Below, in pieces: positions 49,219 through 61,984 of a stretch of 64,000 nt of DNA. The notes below the pieces were generated by a model that worked only from the letters and a program-made list of their open reading frames with translations, ran no database searches and had not been told where the DNA came from. Both the position numbers and the translations under genes were made by a program. The DNA is from Botryllus schlosseri (Eukaryota): NCBI GenBank assembly GCA_051294905.1, contig CM119372.1, positions 6,946,001-7,010,000 of the forward strand, read 5' to 3'. How positions within the stretch are numbered: the first letter of the stretch is position 1; each line of letters starts with the position of its first letter.

Positions 49219-52200
49219 CCCAATGGGGCTGTTCCACTTCATTTTGAACACGCGGTGGCGACAAAGGTAACTCGACCCAAATCTGTTTTGTTGCTATATG
49301 CTTTACTATGGGAATGGACTAAACATGGACCGAATTTCGTCTCTTGGCGTACAACGAGGATGGTGAAAGTATCCATATCAATATAAATCAGGCACTTCTT
49401 CGATGGCAGTCAGATATCGAAAAGTGTTCACCATAAGCACCAATGTATGTTTTCCATGAACACAAATATATATTTATAAACGTCAAAATAAATTGTGTTT
49501 TTTGTGCCTTTGGGGAGACGGACATTAGGGTGGGGGAAAGGGAGATCGGAAGTGGGTTAGGTTAGCGTCAAAGTTGGGGTTAGGGTATCCCAAGATTAGG
49601 GTTGGAGAAGGGGGATATTCGGGTGGGGGGGATATTAGGGTTAGGGGAAAGGGGGATATTAGGGTTGGGGAAATGGGATATCGGAGGTGGGTTAGGGTAT
49701 CCCAAGATTAGGGTTGCGGAAGGGGGATATTAGGGTTGGGGGATTGGAGGAGGGTTAGGGTATCCCAAGATTAGGGTTGGGGAAGGGGGTATTTGGGTTC
49801 AGGAAATGGGGTGTTAGGGTCAAAGTTGGGTTAGGGTATCCCAAGATTAGGGTTGGGGAAGGGGGAATTAGGGTTGGGGAAAGTGGGGATTGGAGGTGGG
49901 TTAGGTTTAATGTTGGGTTAGCGTTAGGGTATCCCAAGATTAGGGTTGGGGAAGGGGGATATTAGGGTTGGAGGAAAGGGGGATATTAGGGTTGGGGGAA
50001 AGGGAGATTGGAGGCGGGTTAAACCCCGGTTAAGAGTAATCTAACCCCAACTTTGAACCTAACCCACCTCCAACCCCGCTTTCCCCCTCCCCAACATCCC
50101 ACTTCCCTAACCCTAATATCCTCCCTCCTGCAACCGCCCTTTCCCCCAACCCTGATATCCCCCTCCCCAACCCTAATATCCCACTTCCCTAACCCTAATA
50201 TCCTCCCTCCTGCAACCCTAATATCCCCACTAACCCAACCCTAATATCCCCCTCTCACAACCCTAATATACCCCTCCCGCAACCCTAATATCCCCCTCCT
50301 CAACCCTAATATACCACTTCCCTAACCCTAATATCCTCCCTCCCACGACCCTAATATCCCCTAACCCCAACCCTAATATTCCCCTTCCCCAACCCTAATA
50401 TCCCCCTAAGCCATCCCTAATATCCCCCTCCCGCTACACTGATATCCCCCTCCTCCACCCTAATATGCCAACCCTAATATTGGGATACCCACAACCAAAC
50501 TTTGACCCTAACCCTCTCCAAACGCAAAAACAATATATTTTGACGTTTATAAATTTTTATTCGTGTTCATGGAAAACATTCATTGGTCATCATGGTTAAC
50601 ACTTTTCGATCTCTGACTGCCATCGAAGAAGTGCCATAAATCATCCATATGGATATCGAATAACTGTTAGCCGACGAAAATGAGGCTATTTCTTGGCGTC
50701 TTGTCCTCGTGCTGGACATTGGCACCTGGCAGGTTGCAGCTTACCGGTACATTGCTGTACACTTTCCGAGAGTCGTCGATATGGCAAGTGTTATATGCCT
50801 CATTGTGTAAGGATGACGGTCATTTGATCGCAGAAGATGCATCAATTAGAAACAAAAAGTTATCAGGGGGATGGGTTCCGTTTACGAAGAAGAGGTATGG
50901 ATGCCTGGTCCTCTTCTGGAAAAGTAGTCTGCAGAATATCATTTCACCAACATGATTTATCCTGCTTCGCTGTGTGTTGTGGAAAATTATGCTATGTACA
51001 TTGTACATTTGCTGCTGTGAGGTCCTACAACATATAAAAATCATACGTTTGAATAACAATGAAGCTGATGAAACTTCAGTCAAGGCAGCCTCATCTATTC
51101 TGTTTTCAATGAAAGAGGTTGCAGAAGAGACGTCAGTGTCAAAAGCTGTTGCAAAAGAATAGACCGTACAAGTCATCAGTCACGTCATCTTGTTCTGACA
51201 ATTCAACAATTCGGAAAAGGGGATAGCTGAATCTACAGAGATTCACCCGTTATTGAAAGAAGCATACGCTATAGTTGATAGTGTAAAGCAGCCATCATTC
51301 CAATTATAAATCCTGAACACTCAGCACTGTCGGATATTGAAAGCATGGCGTCATTTGTGTACTTCCAACTGAAAGACTTGGCAATCAGGCTTAGTTGTAA
51401 GACAACTATCTCATATTACCGGTACTTCAACAAAACAGGACTATTGTCGGTTGCTCACTACATGGACTCTTATTATACGTATCTGATTATCTGATACCTA
51501 TTGTGTTGGTAGCACAACGAACTTTGCTACAACCTTCAAGATTTTCAAGTACAAACTCGATGATCAAAAATGACCAAGGCTCACAAGCTCATATTTGTGT
51601 TTCACAATTCTTGGATATGGTAATGCTATTTGTATCAATTTGGTTTACACCATAGTATTTTGCTTTTTGTCTCAGTCCCATACATGGGTTTCTCAAATAG
51701 CAGGTTGACATTCCTTCTTCCTAAGAATTATGTTAATATGTAATAATGAGCATGCATAAATCCGTTGCTTAGAATGTTATAATCCAATGTTTATGTGCTT
51801 ACCATACTATTTATTTTCGGGTCGGGCAAAAAAATATTCGATAACCTCTGCTTTATAGACTATACGCTTTGCTACTTCAGGTTATAACCGTTCCATTTTA
51901 TTCAACAAAATAACGGTAACAATACAACTGGTACAACCTTTAATTGTCAATGATCAGAGAGGATGAGATCTATAGTTGGTATTATTAGTATTATAACTGC
52001 TACAATACTACTGGTAAACTGTTTAATTGTCAATCATGAGAAAGGATGAGATCTAGTTGGTATTATCAGTATTTTATCATTTAAAAACACCAACAGATAG
52101 TGATGAGATTGAAGAATAGGAAGGTATTGGAAGGACATTAAGTCTTTCAACCAGACAGCTATTTGGTTAAGGTAATATTATATCTAGAAATGGTTTGTGT

Positions 52201-52548
52201 TGAACCCAGTCCAACCTGGTGTAGTATTGGGCGCTAAATGGCGAAAATGATAATGATAGAACCATTGCAGTTGGTGATAAGGATAGAATCACAATTTCAG
52301 CACTTCCATCACGAGGACAAGACGCCAAGAAATAGCATCATTTCGTCATCTAACAGCTATTTGATATCCATATGGATGATTTAAGTTGATATGGATACTT
52401 TCACCCTCCTCGTTGTACGTCAAGAGATGAAATTAGGTCGATGTTTAGTCCAGTCCCATAGTAAAGTATATAGCAACAAAACAGATCTGGGTCGAGTTAC
52501 CTTTGTCGCCACCGCGTGTTCAAAATGAAGTGGAACAGCCCCATTGGG
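49219..52548. mobile_element. DNA transposon with ~250-bp TIRs, possibly Mutator-like
   Basis: CAATGGGGCTGTTCCAC... inverted at ~52305-52548 (left TIR interrupted by the 49391-50635 insert); decayed interior includes SCFAVCCGKLCYVH, faintly SWIM-like; no TSD found. Confidence 0.65.
49391..50635. mobile_element. Palindromic Merlin-like MITE with inverted telomere-like arrays
   Basis: TIR GGCACTTCTTCGATGGCAGTCAGA ... TCTGACTGCCATCGAAGAAGTGCC; exact 8-bp TSD ATAAATCA; G-rich ATTAGGGTTGGGG units at ~49525-50020 and C-rich CCCAACCCTAAT units at ~50040-50515. Confidence 0.82.
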
Positions 52549-52905
52549 AGAATTGCCCACCCCTGGTATGGAGTATCGAGTTTCAACTCCCAAGTCTCAC
52601 AAGCCAGATGGGCGTCCGATTGCAAATACTATTTCAAGTCGTCTCGCACCAATCTTGGATAGAATCTAACTATAAACTCAAATCTCTGCAAGTTTCTCTT
52701 CATATACACATTTAGAAGTTGGTATCTGGATTATGCTACACACACTCGTTTAAGTCTAATATCTAAATCTGTGATAATTAGAAGCACGTGCTGAAATGTC
52801 TGTTGTATATCTTTAACGAGTCAATCCGTTATATTAAAAGTATAGAACACAAATAATGGACACAACTAAACCATGAAACGAAAACAAAGTCGGATACTCC
52901 GAGAG

Positions 52906-53018
52906 TCATTTAAACACATTGAAACAACGTCGTGAATGAGATGGGCAGCCGGTTAGCGAGGTAGCGACGATTACCACAACAAATATGAAGATGGAGGTTG
53001 TAAGCCGTCTGGAATCTT
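52906..53018 (-). CDS. ZP protein last exon (transmembrane segment and stop)
   Basis: ttttttag acceptor; EDSRRLTTSIFIFVVVIVATSLTGC...FK*. Confidence 0.7.
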
Positions 53019-56000
53019 CTAAAAAAGAAGAATTTATTGCACACATCTTGCTAGCATGATAGAAAATCTGACACTTATAACAAGCTTCAGCAGCAGCATA
53101 TGGTCCTGAACAACTAGAAGATTTTACGCTTTTTTGAATTATAGATTAGAATTATAGCTATACATATATTTCCAAGTTACAATAGAATTAGAATTATAGC
53201 TCCATTTTTTTCAAATTAGATTATAATTATATATATGCAGGTTTATTCCAAATCAGATTGGGATTAGAATTGCTGACTTTGGGTAAAATTTGAAAATTGA
53301 ATTAGGTTCATATGAAATCATACAGTTCGTTATTATAAGCTCGTGGAAAGCAAACGTTTGTACAACAGCCAAGCTTGGCTCTTTTTGCACTATACAGTTC
53401 TGTAGCATTTCCTAAATGATTTACTTTTACTTAGGAAAATCGCTACTACAACTTGTGCTGTACGCTACAATTTTGAGGTACTCCTTGATTTTGCCTACTT
53501 GCACTACTTTTACAAGGAGCTATGATTTTAGACTGCTACTTCTTGATAATAATTTCCAGTTTATCAAGGCAAACTTGATTCAAAATTATATTTTTACTGC
53601 AAAATAGCTACTAATACTTGCACTAGGGTAGAAATGTACGTTGCTTCTACACCATTTCTACACAACACAATCACTACTTTGACTAACCCTGTTGGCGACA
53701 TCGGGTCTTGCATTTATTCATACAGACCTTGCAGCACGGGAGAATCCACCAGTTCTGTTTCATCTTCATCTGAATATGATATATTTTTTAGAACCCCATC
53801 TTTAACATTCAGGACATATATGGGGCCGAACACGTGACCGGAAACGGAGTCTACGCTGCTACGCTTCTTTCTTGCCCCGCAACGACGGTATGGGGTATCG
53901 CAGTTCTGAAAACCGAGGTTTCTTATCAAATTGGAAGATGCGATATATACATGCATAAGGTGGTTTGCCGATATCGTACATCGAAAATTCAAGGAATATC
54001 AAACCAATAGTTGTCAGATCTCAAAAGAACTGCGGATTTACGGAATATCAAGCTTACAAACTTAACTTTAGATTTGCGTTTTCATAATCCAAGAAACCAC
54101 ACATTTACGGAATATCAAGCTACGGAGTTATAAGATTTCAGATTTCACCGTTTTGAGATTTCGAAAACGGCAGATTTACGGAATATCAAATCCAGAGTTT
54201 TCAGTTATCAGAAATTTCAGATTTCCAAAAAAACGGAGACTTACCGAATATATAGTTTCAACATTTGAGATTTCAGTTTCATATGTCAAATAATCGCAGA
54301 TTTACGGAATATCAAGCTCAGAGTTTCAAGATTTAGGATTCAATATTTCAGTTTTCAGATAACGCAGTTTCCAGATTACGAAAAACGGCAATTTATGGAA
54401 TAACAAGTCAAGAGTTCAAGTTTTCAAATTTAAGATTTATGATCACTGAACACCTCCGGTGTACCAACATTTATCAACAGCTTTCAGGTGGAATCGAAGA
54501 GTTCAAGAAGTCATTATAGGCCTATCTGTCGTTGTATCGGTTGCTTCAATATTGTCTAGTCGGGATTCAGAGAACAAGTTTTCCACAATTTAGCCATCCC
54601 ATTTAGCGTAAAACGACTCGAAGCGGTTCGGTTCAGAAGAGATAACTTACTAGAACGCAGTCTTCCAGCGTGGCGTGGATGTAGAATTTACCGCACGCTG
54701 TCAAATGTGGGACTCTGAACGACAGGCAAACCCCGCCCCCGGAGCTGACGGCCGCCGTGGACAGGTATCGACTGGAAGCATTCTCGTAGCAGCCGTTGGA
54801 GATCAGATCCAGCGCCGAAGGCAGGGTTGAGTCGGTTGAGCAAGATAGAAATAGTCGGACGAGGCGAATAGCTGATAACTGAAAAGAAATTGTCGTTATA
54901 ATATATCAATTATATTTGCAGTTCTTTTTTCATCGCACTATATATATTAGACCAGGGGGGGGGGCAACCTTCTCGGCCAAAGGGACATTTTGGAGTTTGT
55001 TCATATCGCTTCCGTGATCGTAATTATCACATCAACCGGCGGGAATACTGTTAGTATCATGGCAGCAGAGTTTTTCGAAAATTGCTGAATCAGCGGAGTA
55101 GACGGTCGTTTTCGGTTTGTCACAAAGCGTATATTTTGCAGTTTTTACGAAGTCAAACTAGAATTAAGACGGAAAGTTTTTTTTCACAGATTAGAAGTAA
55201 GAATTACTGAATTTGCGAAAACTTGAACATCAAATCATATTTCATTGTTATAAGCAAGACAATGGCAAATGTCTGTACACCAAGCTTGGCTCTTTACGCA
55301 CCGCTTAGTTCTCCTGTAGCATTTCCTGGAAAACCAGTAATTAGATGAGAATTAGAGCGAAGAAATATTCGACAAATTAAGAAAAATTAGATTGCTGGCA
55401 ATCCGCTCTGAATAACTAGAGCTAGAATAATGTAGTTCCGTCATAACTTGCCTTCGTGCGTGGCATGATTCTCAAGTGCATCTTTTCGTTGACCGTGTAC
55501 AATGCCCTGCCGTTGAGAGAGAACTGGTCAGGACACGCGCCAGGGCAGTAAGAGCCAGACTTACAGGCGTCTATCAAACCGAACCCTTTCCTCACTCCAC
55601 GCCGTGTCACTGTGGGCACTGTATCAGTCCTGAGAATGTGGAACGGGTGCACCATCAGATAATACCATATTTTTGGATTTGATAAAAAAGGGAGTGTGCG
55701 ATTTACTCCGGATTTGGATCAAATATGGATTCACGATTATTTTGAAGGCAGATTTGAACTTGGACATGAAATTCTACTCACTGCCAATTTTCATGCGACT
55801 TTCAAAATTTCATTCATTACAGCAGTGGTTCTCAAACTCATTTTAGACACGCCCCCCTTTATGATAGTGAAAATTTCATTTCACCTATTTCACCTAATTC
55901 AAGCCTACACACCAAATTTGGTTAAATTCCAACCAGTAACCGCATTGCTACAGGAGAAGAAAGTTTCTATTCATTATGTAAAAATAAATAACCAAAAATT

Positions 56001-58842
56001 TTAAAATTTTCTGTTCTCCCATCAAAGTGTTGGGTTGTCTATAGAAACGATGTTCACCAAATTTGGTTCAATTCCAACCAGTGGATGCGGAGTCATCGCA
56101 GTCACAAAATTTGGATTATGAATAAAATAGTATTGACGGTGACCAATTCTTTAAATATTTATAGTATTTATATATATTTATATATTTATAATATTTATAT
56201 TCATAGTATAATATTTATATTTATTGTATTTATAATACTATTTTATTCAAATCCAAATTTTTCGACGGCAATAACTCCACTCCTACTGGTTGGAATTCAA
56301 CCAAATTTGGTGAGGTGCCAGTAAACTCGCCCCAAAGTAAATTCGGCCCAGGCTAATTCGGCCATTACATCAGTAAATTCGGCCCACCGAGAATATTGTA
56401 TTAAAATGTATTACCAACCGTTAACAGGAATTAATTACATAATTATACTATTATTAAGTGATTTGGATGTCAGGGCATGCGTAGATCGCGTAATCACGGG
56501 AGATAGCGCGGATATTCACGGGGACCGAATTTACCGACGGCCGAATTCACCGGTCAATTCACTGGTTACTCGGTCAATTCTGCCCTCGGAGAATTTTTTA
56601 TAAAAATGTATTACCAACTATTAATGTGAATTAATTTCATAATTATATTATTATCAAGTGATTTGGAGAACAGGGTATGCGTATAAATATATATATGTAT
56701 ATATATATGCCGATGTTTACGGGGCCGAATTTACCGACAGCCGAATTCAATCGGTATGTTCGGCCCTCGGAGAACATTGTGTGAAATTGTATTACGAACT
56801 AATAATGTGTATTATTATATTACATAATTATAATATTATCAAGTGATTTGGAGGTTAGGGGTTAGGTTTAGGGTTAGGATTAGCGTTAGGGTTAGGGTTA
56901 GGATTAGGTTAGGGTTAGGATTAGGGTTAGGTTAGGGTTAGGTTAGGGTTAGGGTTAGGTTAGGATTAGGGTTAGGGTTAGGGTTAGGGTTAGGATTAGG
57001 ATTAGGGTTAGGTTAGGATTAGGGTAAGGGTTCAGGTTAGATAACGGTATTGTAACTGTTATTGGTACTCTGGCCCTGGCCGAATTTACCGAGGGCCGAA
57101 TTCACCGACGGCCGAAGTGACCGAGGGCCGAATTAGACGGGCCGAATTTACCTTGGGCCGAGTTTACTGGCAATCATTTGGTGAACATCGTTTCCATAGA
57201 CAACCTAACAGCTAACACTACCACAAAAAATTTTCAAATTTTTTGTTATTTATTTTTCTATAATATATAGAAACTTTCTTCTGTAGCAATGCGGCTACTG
57301 GTTGGAATAGAACCGAATTTGGTGTGTAGGCTTAAATTAGGTAACCTAACAAGTAGCCAGTGCGATTTGAGAAAAAAAGTCATTTTTAAAGATCCTTAAT
57401 ACTCACGCTGGCAAGAGGGAAGTCACTATCCGGTACTGCCTCTGATACTCGCATACAAAGCTGACGACCGGAATCGCCATATGCGCGGATCCAACCATCT
57501 TGTTCAACCATATTCGTCCGGACACCAGCGTGCTGCCAGCGCTTTGATTCACAACCACGCCACATTTCGTGAAAGGCAAGGGAACCAGAAATTTATGATG
57601 GGTGCCGTTGTCTAAAGCAAGGGTGTGTTTTCAGCTTTTCCAATTACAATAGAATTAGAGCTATTAAGTTTTCTTTCTAAATAATGGAGTAGAATGAGTT
57701 ATAGCTTCAGCTATTTTCAAATTGGATTATCATTTGAATTTCAGCTACACATTATGAGTAGAATTACAGTTATTCCCAAATTAGATGAAAAATAGAATTA
57801 TGGCTACACAGGTGGTTTTAACAAACGAAGGGTTTAATTAGAATTACAGCTAAAGTTGTTTTCAAATTAGCTTAGAATTAGAATTACATATGCAATGTCT
57901 TTCCAAGTCAAATAAGAATTAGAGCTACAGTTTTTTTGCATACTAGAATTACAACACTGAATTGGCAAAAATTCAATTCAATTACGGATTAGAAAGAAGC
58001 AACAAAATGAAGTTGAGCTCATATCAAATCAGAGTTCCTTCTCATAAGTACGAGAGCGGATATGTATGTACGCTTGTACAGCATGCATGGTTCGCTTCAC
58101 ACTGTACAGGTACAGTTCTGTATATTTTTTTGGAAAATGACAAGTTATTTTAGAATTGAAATTAAGACCATAAAATCATTTCACAAATTAGAGTAACCGG
58201 TATTTCGCTTCAAATAATCTAATTAGACCAGTGGTTCTCAACATTTTTTCCTCCAGCGCCCCTATAAAATTATCGTGCTCCAGCGCCCCCCACCTCATAT
58301 TGCAAGGACTGTAATAAAGACAATGGGTAAGAGGGAGGGCTGTAACAGCACTTCGTCAGCCGCTAAAAAAAAACGACCGTCTTGCGCACTCACCGCGTGA
58401 TAAATCAAACTTCTGAAGGCTTTGCCCCGAGAACCCCGTCGCATGATTTCCATGGTCAGGAAAGTTTGTGACCTGGTCGCCCTATAGACGCCAAAATTTT
58501 CTAGAATGCATGAGTGAATAGGTGGTAATTGCATATATATGTCGCTATAAACTTTTCAGGGGGGGCGCTGGAGGCAAGGTTCAGTAAGAACCACTGAATT
58601 AGACAGCTAGAATTATCTAGTTTTCAAGTCTGGTTGAACAATGGCAAACTATCCATGTTGTACTTGCGCACCTTAGCGTCCTGGTCACTTACCTACGGCC
58701 AGGCAGATATATGACGAGGATATAGAATGAGAACGAGTCATGAACATCGAAAAATCGGAATTTCCTGAGCTGTATTCATCCACCAGCCGAGAATCCACGT
58801 CAACTGTTATCACATCGGCTCCGCATATTACCTCGGGTGCAG
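52906..58842 (-). CDS. Zona pellucida (ZP) domain membrane protein, six exons identified, N-terminus not found
   Basis: Exons 58842-58693, 57611-57407, 55629-55452, 54878-54651, 53905-53728, 53018-52906 splice in phase without stops: APEVICGADVITVDVD (ZP-N start), FTKCG, VSFVCEY, LISNGC, FYIHATLEDC, furin site RKKR, EHP FGPIYVL, TM SIFIFVVVIVATSL. Confidence 0.88.
53728..53905 (-). CDS. ZP protein exon (furin site and EHP)
   Basis: NCDTPYRRCGARKKRSSVDSVSGHVFGPIYVL...; ttttcag acceptor, GT donor. Confidence 0.85.
53990..54430. repeat. Intronic degenerate ~60-70 bp tandem repeat
   Basis: GATTTACGGAATATCAAG core recurs about 7 times. Confidence 0.75.
54651..54878 (-). CDS. ZP protein exon (ZP-C)
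   Basis: LSAIRLVRLFLSCSTD...LDLISNGCYEN...CLSFRVPHLTACGKFYIHATLEDCVL; GTAAGT donor. Confidence 0.85.
55452..55629 (-). CDS. ZP protein exon (linker and ZP-C start)
   Basis: TDTVPTVTRRG...CKSGSYCPGACPDQFSLNGRALYTVNEKMHLRI; AAG/GCAAGT (GC) donor. Confidence 0.82.
56314..57175. mobile_element. Mutator-like MITE carrying a TTAGGG array
   Basis: TIR TGCCAGTAAACTCG ... CGAGTTTACTGGCA, GCCGAATT subterminal motifs, exact 9-bp TSD ATTTGGTGA. Confidence 0.85.
56852..57040 (+). repeat. Interstitial telomere-like array (TTAGGG/TTAGGA/TTAGG)
   Basis: About 30 units, mixed variants. Confidence 0.92.
57407..57611 (-). CDS. ZP protein exon (ZP-N)
   Basis: DNGTHHKFLVPLPFTKCGVVV...IPVVSFVCEYQRQYRIVTSLLPA; ctttag acceptor, GTGAGT donor. 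Confidence 0.88.
58229..58596. mobile_element. Charlie-type hAT MITE
   Basis: TIR CAGTGGTTCT ... AGAACCACTG; exact TSD AATTAGAC. Confidence 0.88.
58693..58842 (-). CDS. ZP protein exon (ZP-N start)
   Basis: APEVICGADVITVDVDSRLVDEY...SYICLAV; tttcag acceptor, GTAAGT donor; phase 1-1. Confidence 0.88.
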
Positions 58843-58964
58843 CTGAAACATGTAAAAAACATGTAAAGTTAGAAGGCCAGTGCACTATGAGTCGAGTACT
58901 GTCATCTGAACCGAATATCAATTCTAATGATTTGAAAGAATCATATCCCGCCACTCGTCTCAAG

Positions 58965-60179
58965 TAGGGTTCGTTCGGATATCAATAATTTTCACTATCC
59001 GGATAACGGATATATCCGGATATTTGGAATTTGTCTAACCGGTTAACCGGATAATAACTGTGAGACAATCGATTTCACGAGGTCTGCATGAAAAACTGAT
59101 CGCAAAATCGTTACTGTTATTGTAGAGTAGACCTATACGTACACACGCAGTACGAGTGAATACGAGAAAAACCACGCAAATTTAGTGTTTACTGCTTCTG
59201 ACGCCATCCTTATAAAACACAATGCATCAATTGCGGCATCCTGTAGCCGGGACCGGAATTTTCTAACAGAGTCCACATGCATTGGATGCTTATTCAGCTT
59301 CCACAGAAGTTGACTGAATAGTAAGCAGCGCTTCGTAGAGAGTGTGAAGGTTGGTAGGTCGTTTCCCGGAAACTTTAAACTTTATATTCCTTTCGACCAT
59401 TCTTCTGTTTAGGTTTGGAGTACTAGTAGGACGAGAAGCTGATACTGGAATTGATGCCGACATGATACCTCGCTCTAATTCCTCCGTGAGAAATTCACGT
59501 GATCAGGCACGCAGCCAGCCGAAAATTAAGGGGGGGGGGTGTTTGAAATAAAATGAGGGGGTTTCGATTTATTTTCGAACCAAGTATCAGCGGAAATCAA
59601 TTGCACATGTACGCACACACATGTTTGCGGACATTCGATGTCATTCAGTTTCGCGATGTCACTCTCACAACCGCTAATCAGAATACACTTAACGCCATAT
59701 CGTCACCAAGCCATCGAGGGATAGGAGCCAAGGCATGCTAGACCCAAGAGGCGATGGTTAGGCCAGCGATGATATCTTTCGTAGGTCTATTGCAGATGCG
59801 ATTGTACAGGGCATCGATGGAATAGTGTGCACACTGCACAGTGCACAGGGCCAATTGCAGATGCGATTCCTCAATCCAGCGGAACTATAGGCTAGTTGAA
59901 GACGCGATAAATCAGGCTAGAGACGATAGCAGAGCGCGCGGCAATCAATGACCTAGTTTAACGATCTTCTCAGCAGGAGATCGCGTCGCGTTACATTGTG
60001 CAGACGCTTCTCGCCAATCGGCCGCGCGAACTACTGAATACGACTTATTGAAGCTTTCTAAAAAGTGTAAAACGCATTAGCAACGATACTCTTTTATCCG
60101 GTTAACCTGCAGAATTATATCCGGATATCAGATATCAAAAATACCTGCGGTTAACCGTTATCCGGATAAACCAACCCTA
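58965..60179. mobile_element. hAT MITE with CGGATA motifs
   Basis: TIR TAGGGTT ... AACCCTA; exact TSD GTCTCAAG. Confidence 0.85.
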
Positions 60180-60709
60180 GTCTCAAGTACTGAAATTATA
60201 CTCTCCTTGGCACTAAGAGTTAATTTAAGTGCTGATTTATCAACTGTAATTATAGTTTATAGTGCAGAGCAGTGGCGACTCGTCCTATAGGGCAACTGGG
60301 GCATTGCCCCACCTAAAATTATGTTCAATAACAATTCTTTACCATTTATAGACGCACAACAATCTATATGTACCGAAATCCCAGCGAAAATCGTATACTT
60401 CTTGTCCTTTCGCTTGTAAATGCCCATGTATAGAGAAGTCTCTGCGAAAATCGAATTCTCTTCGTTTTTTCGCTTTGCGAATGCCTAGCCGGGGCATGCG
60501 CCGGTAGCGCTCATAACAAGCTTTCACTGCCTATTCTCTCAAAGCCGCGCACAATAAAGAAACAGTGATTTACTCTCTCCTATTCATAAAATTACCGAGC
60601 AGGTAGGGCAACATAGCATGGTTGCCCCTAAGGTGTGATGTAACAATCGTATCTATAGCTGAACTCGGTTACCGTCATATGCGTTTGGTCGACCTTTGCT
60701 GGTATAGGT

Positions 60710-61240
60710 CGATTTTGATGGTGTTTCACACCATGATAATTCTTGAAACTTGGTATGTCATGTCGTGATGGTGGTATTTAACACTGTCCTAAGTTTCAGG
60801 GTTTCTACTCAAAGTTTAGGGTAGTAATTCCGTTTCCGAAGTTGAGTGTGTGCTGATTCGTCATGTATCGCAAACACATTTTACTCAAAAGCCGGTATTG
60901 GTATCCATTGATTTTGACGATGTTCCATACCGAAATCGGTCATGACATTTGGTACGGTAAGTCTTAACTTAATGTTAGTATCCAACGCTGTACCAAGTTT
61001 CAAGTTTGACACTGAACTATGTTAGTGGTAATTTCGTTTCCTAAGTCGAGTGTGAGCTGACTCGTCATTTATCGCAAACATATTTTACGCAAAGCCGGTA
61101 TTGGTCTCCATTGATTTTAACGATGCTCCTTAGCTAGATCCGTCATGATATGTCTTGATTTTAGTATCGAACGCTGTGCCAAGTCTCAAGGTTGTCACTC
61201 AATGATTAGGGCAGCAATTTCGTTATCAATGTCGAGTATG
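60710..61240. repeat. ~200-bp degenerate tandem repeat, about 2.5 copies, probably TE-derived
   Basis: CCAAGTTTCA...CGCAAACA.ATTTTAC..AAAGCCGGTATTGG block repeats. Confidence 0.65.
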
Positions 61241-61269
61241 GTAGAGATTTGCGCTGATCTGACACTTAC

Positions 61270-61680
61270 GTTGCGAGCGCAGTGGAGTTCTCGTATAGAT
61301 AACTAAGGTAAACCAAATTTAATGCTCGGCAAGCCGGTCAAAAATGACCGTCAAATTGCCTGTAGCCAAATGGAAATTGTGACGTGATACAATTTCACCG
61401 AGGCGTGAGATTTGGTTGTGTCGACACCATATAGGACACTATGGTTATACAGATGAGATGCGTTTCCCACTACATTTGCACGGCTGAGTTACGCAATTCA
61501 TCAACATTCCTGACATCATCATCACCATGATAAAGTGCTTCTTATAAATATTACATTTTGTTTGCCAGCCGAATAGCCACTGTCAAAATCCACCAGCAAC
61601 TGAATATTTCACAAGTATGTCCAGAATGGACGAACATGATGTGACTATTGTCACATTGGTAGTTGAAAAGTCTTATAAAT
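61270..61680 (-). pseudogene. Degenerate EGF-like coding remnant upstream of the ZP exons, interrupted by a MITE fragment
   Basis: Minus strand NVDE/CVTQPCKCSGKRI (one frameshift) and HSGHTCE resemble calcium-binding EGF repeats; GTAAGT donor after 61270. Confidence 0.35.
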
Positions 61681-61984
61681 TTGTCGGACAATCTAGCGGT
61701 GAATGATTTTTTGTCGTAGCCTTAATAAAGGCTATGGTTTTCACGTAGCAATGATTTTTATAACTGACTGATATTTCACGATTTTGCGACACCTAGCGAT
61801 TTCCACAGCTACTTGCAGCAATTTTGGTCCATCTGGATTTGACAAGTGACAACTGAGAACTGACAACATTGATGGATAGTAAGCATAGGCTAGCTCCACA
61901 CTGACACTGATGTTTCATATGTTATAGGTATATGGAATAACTGTAGTACTGTACTGTAGCTGTGAAGAAGACACATCGTCCTCG

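Noticed and set aside
49525..50515. Chromosome end-to-end fusion site
   Set aside because: The arrays are enclosed by TIRs and an exact 8-bp TSD.
57480..57510. AACAAG-type Helentron-like end
   Set aside because: The sequence lies inside the ZP exon 57611-57407 (WLNKMVG).
58740..58967. Plus-strand 75-aa ORF
   Set aside because: It is the antisense shadow of the ZP-N exon on the minus strand.
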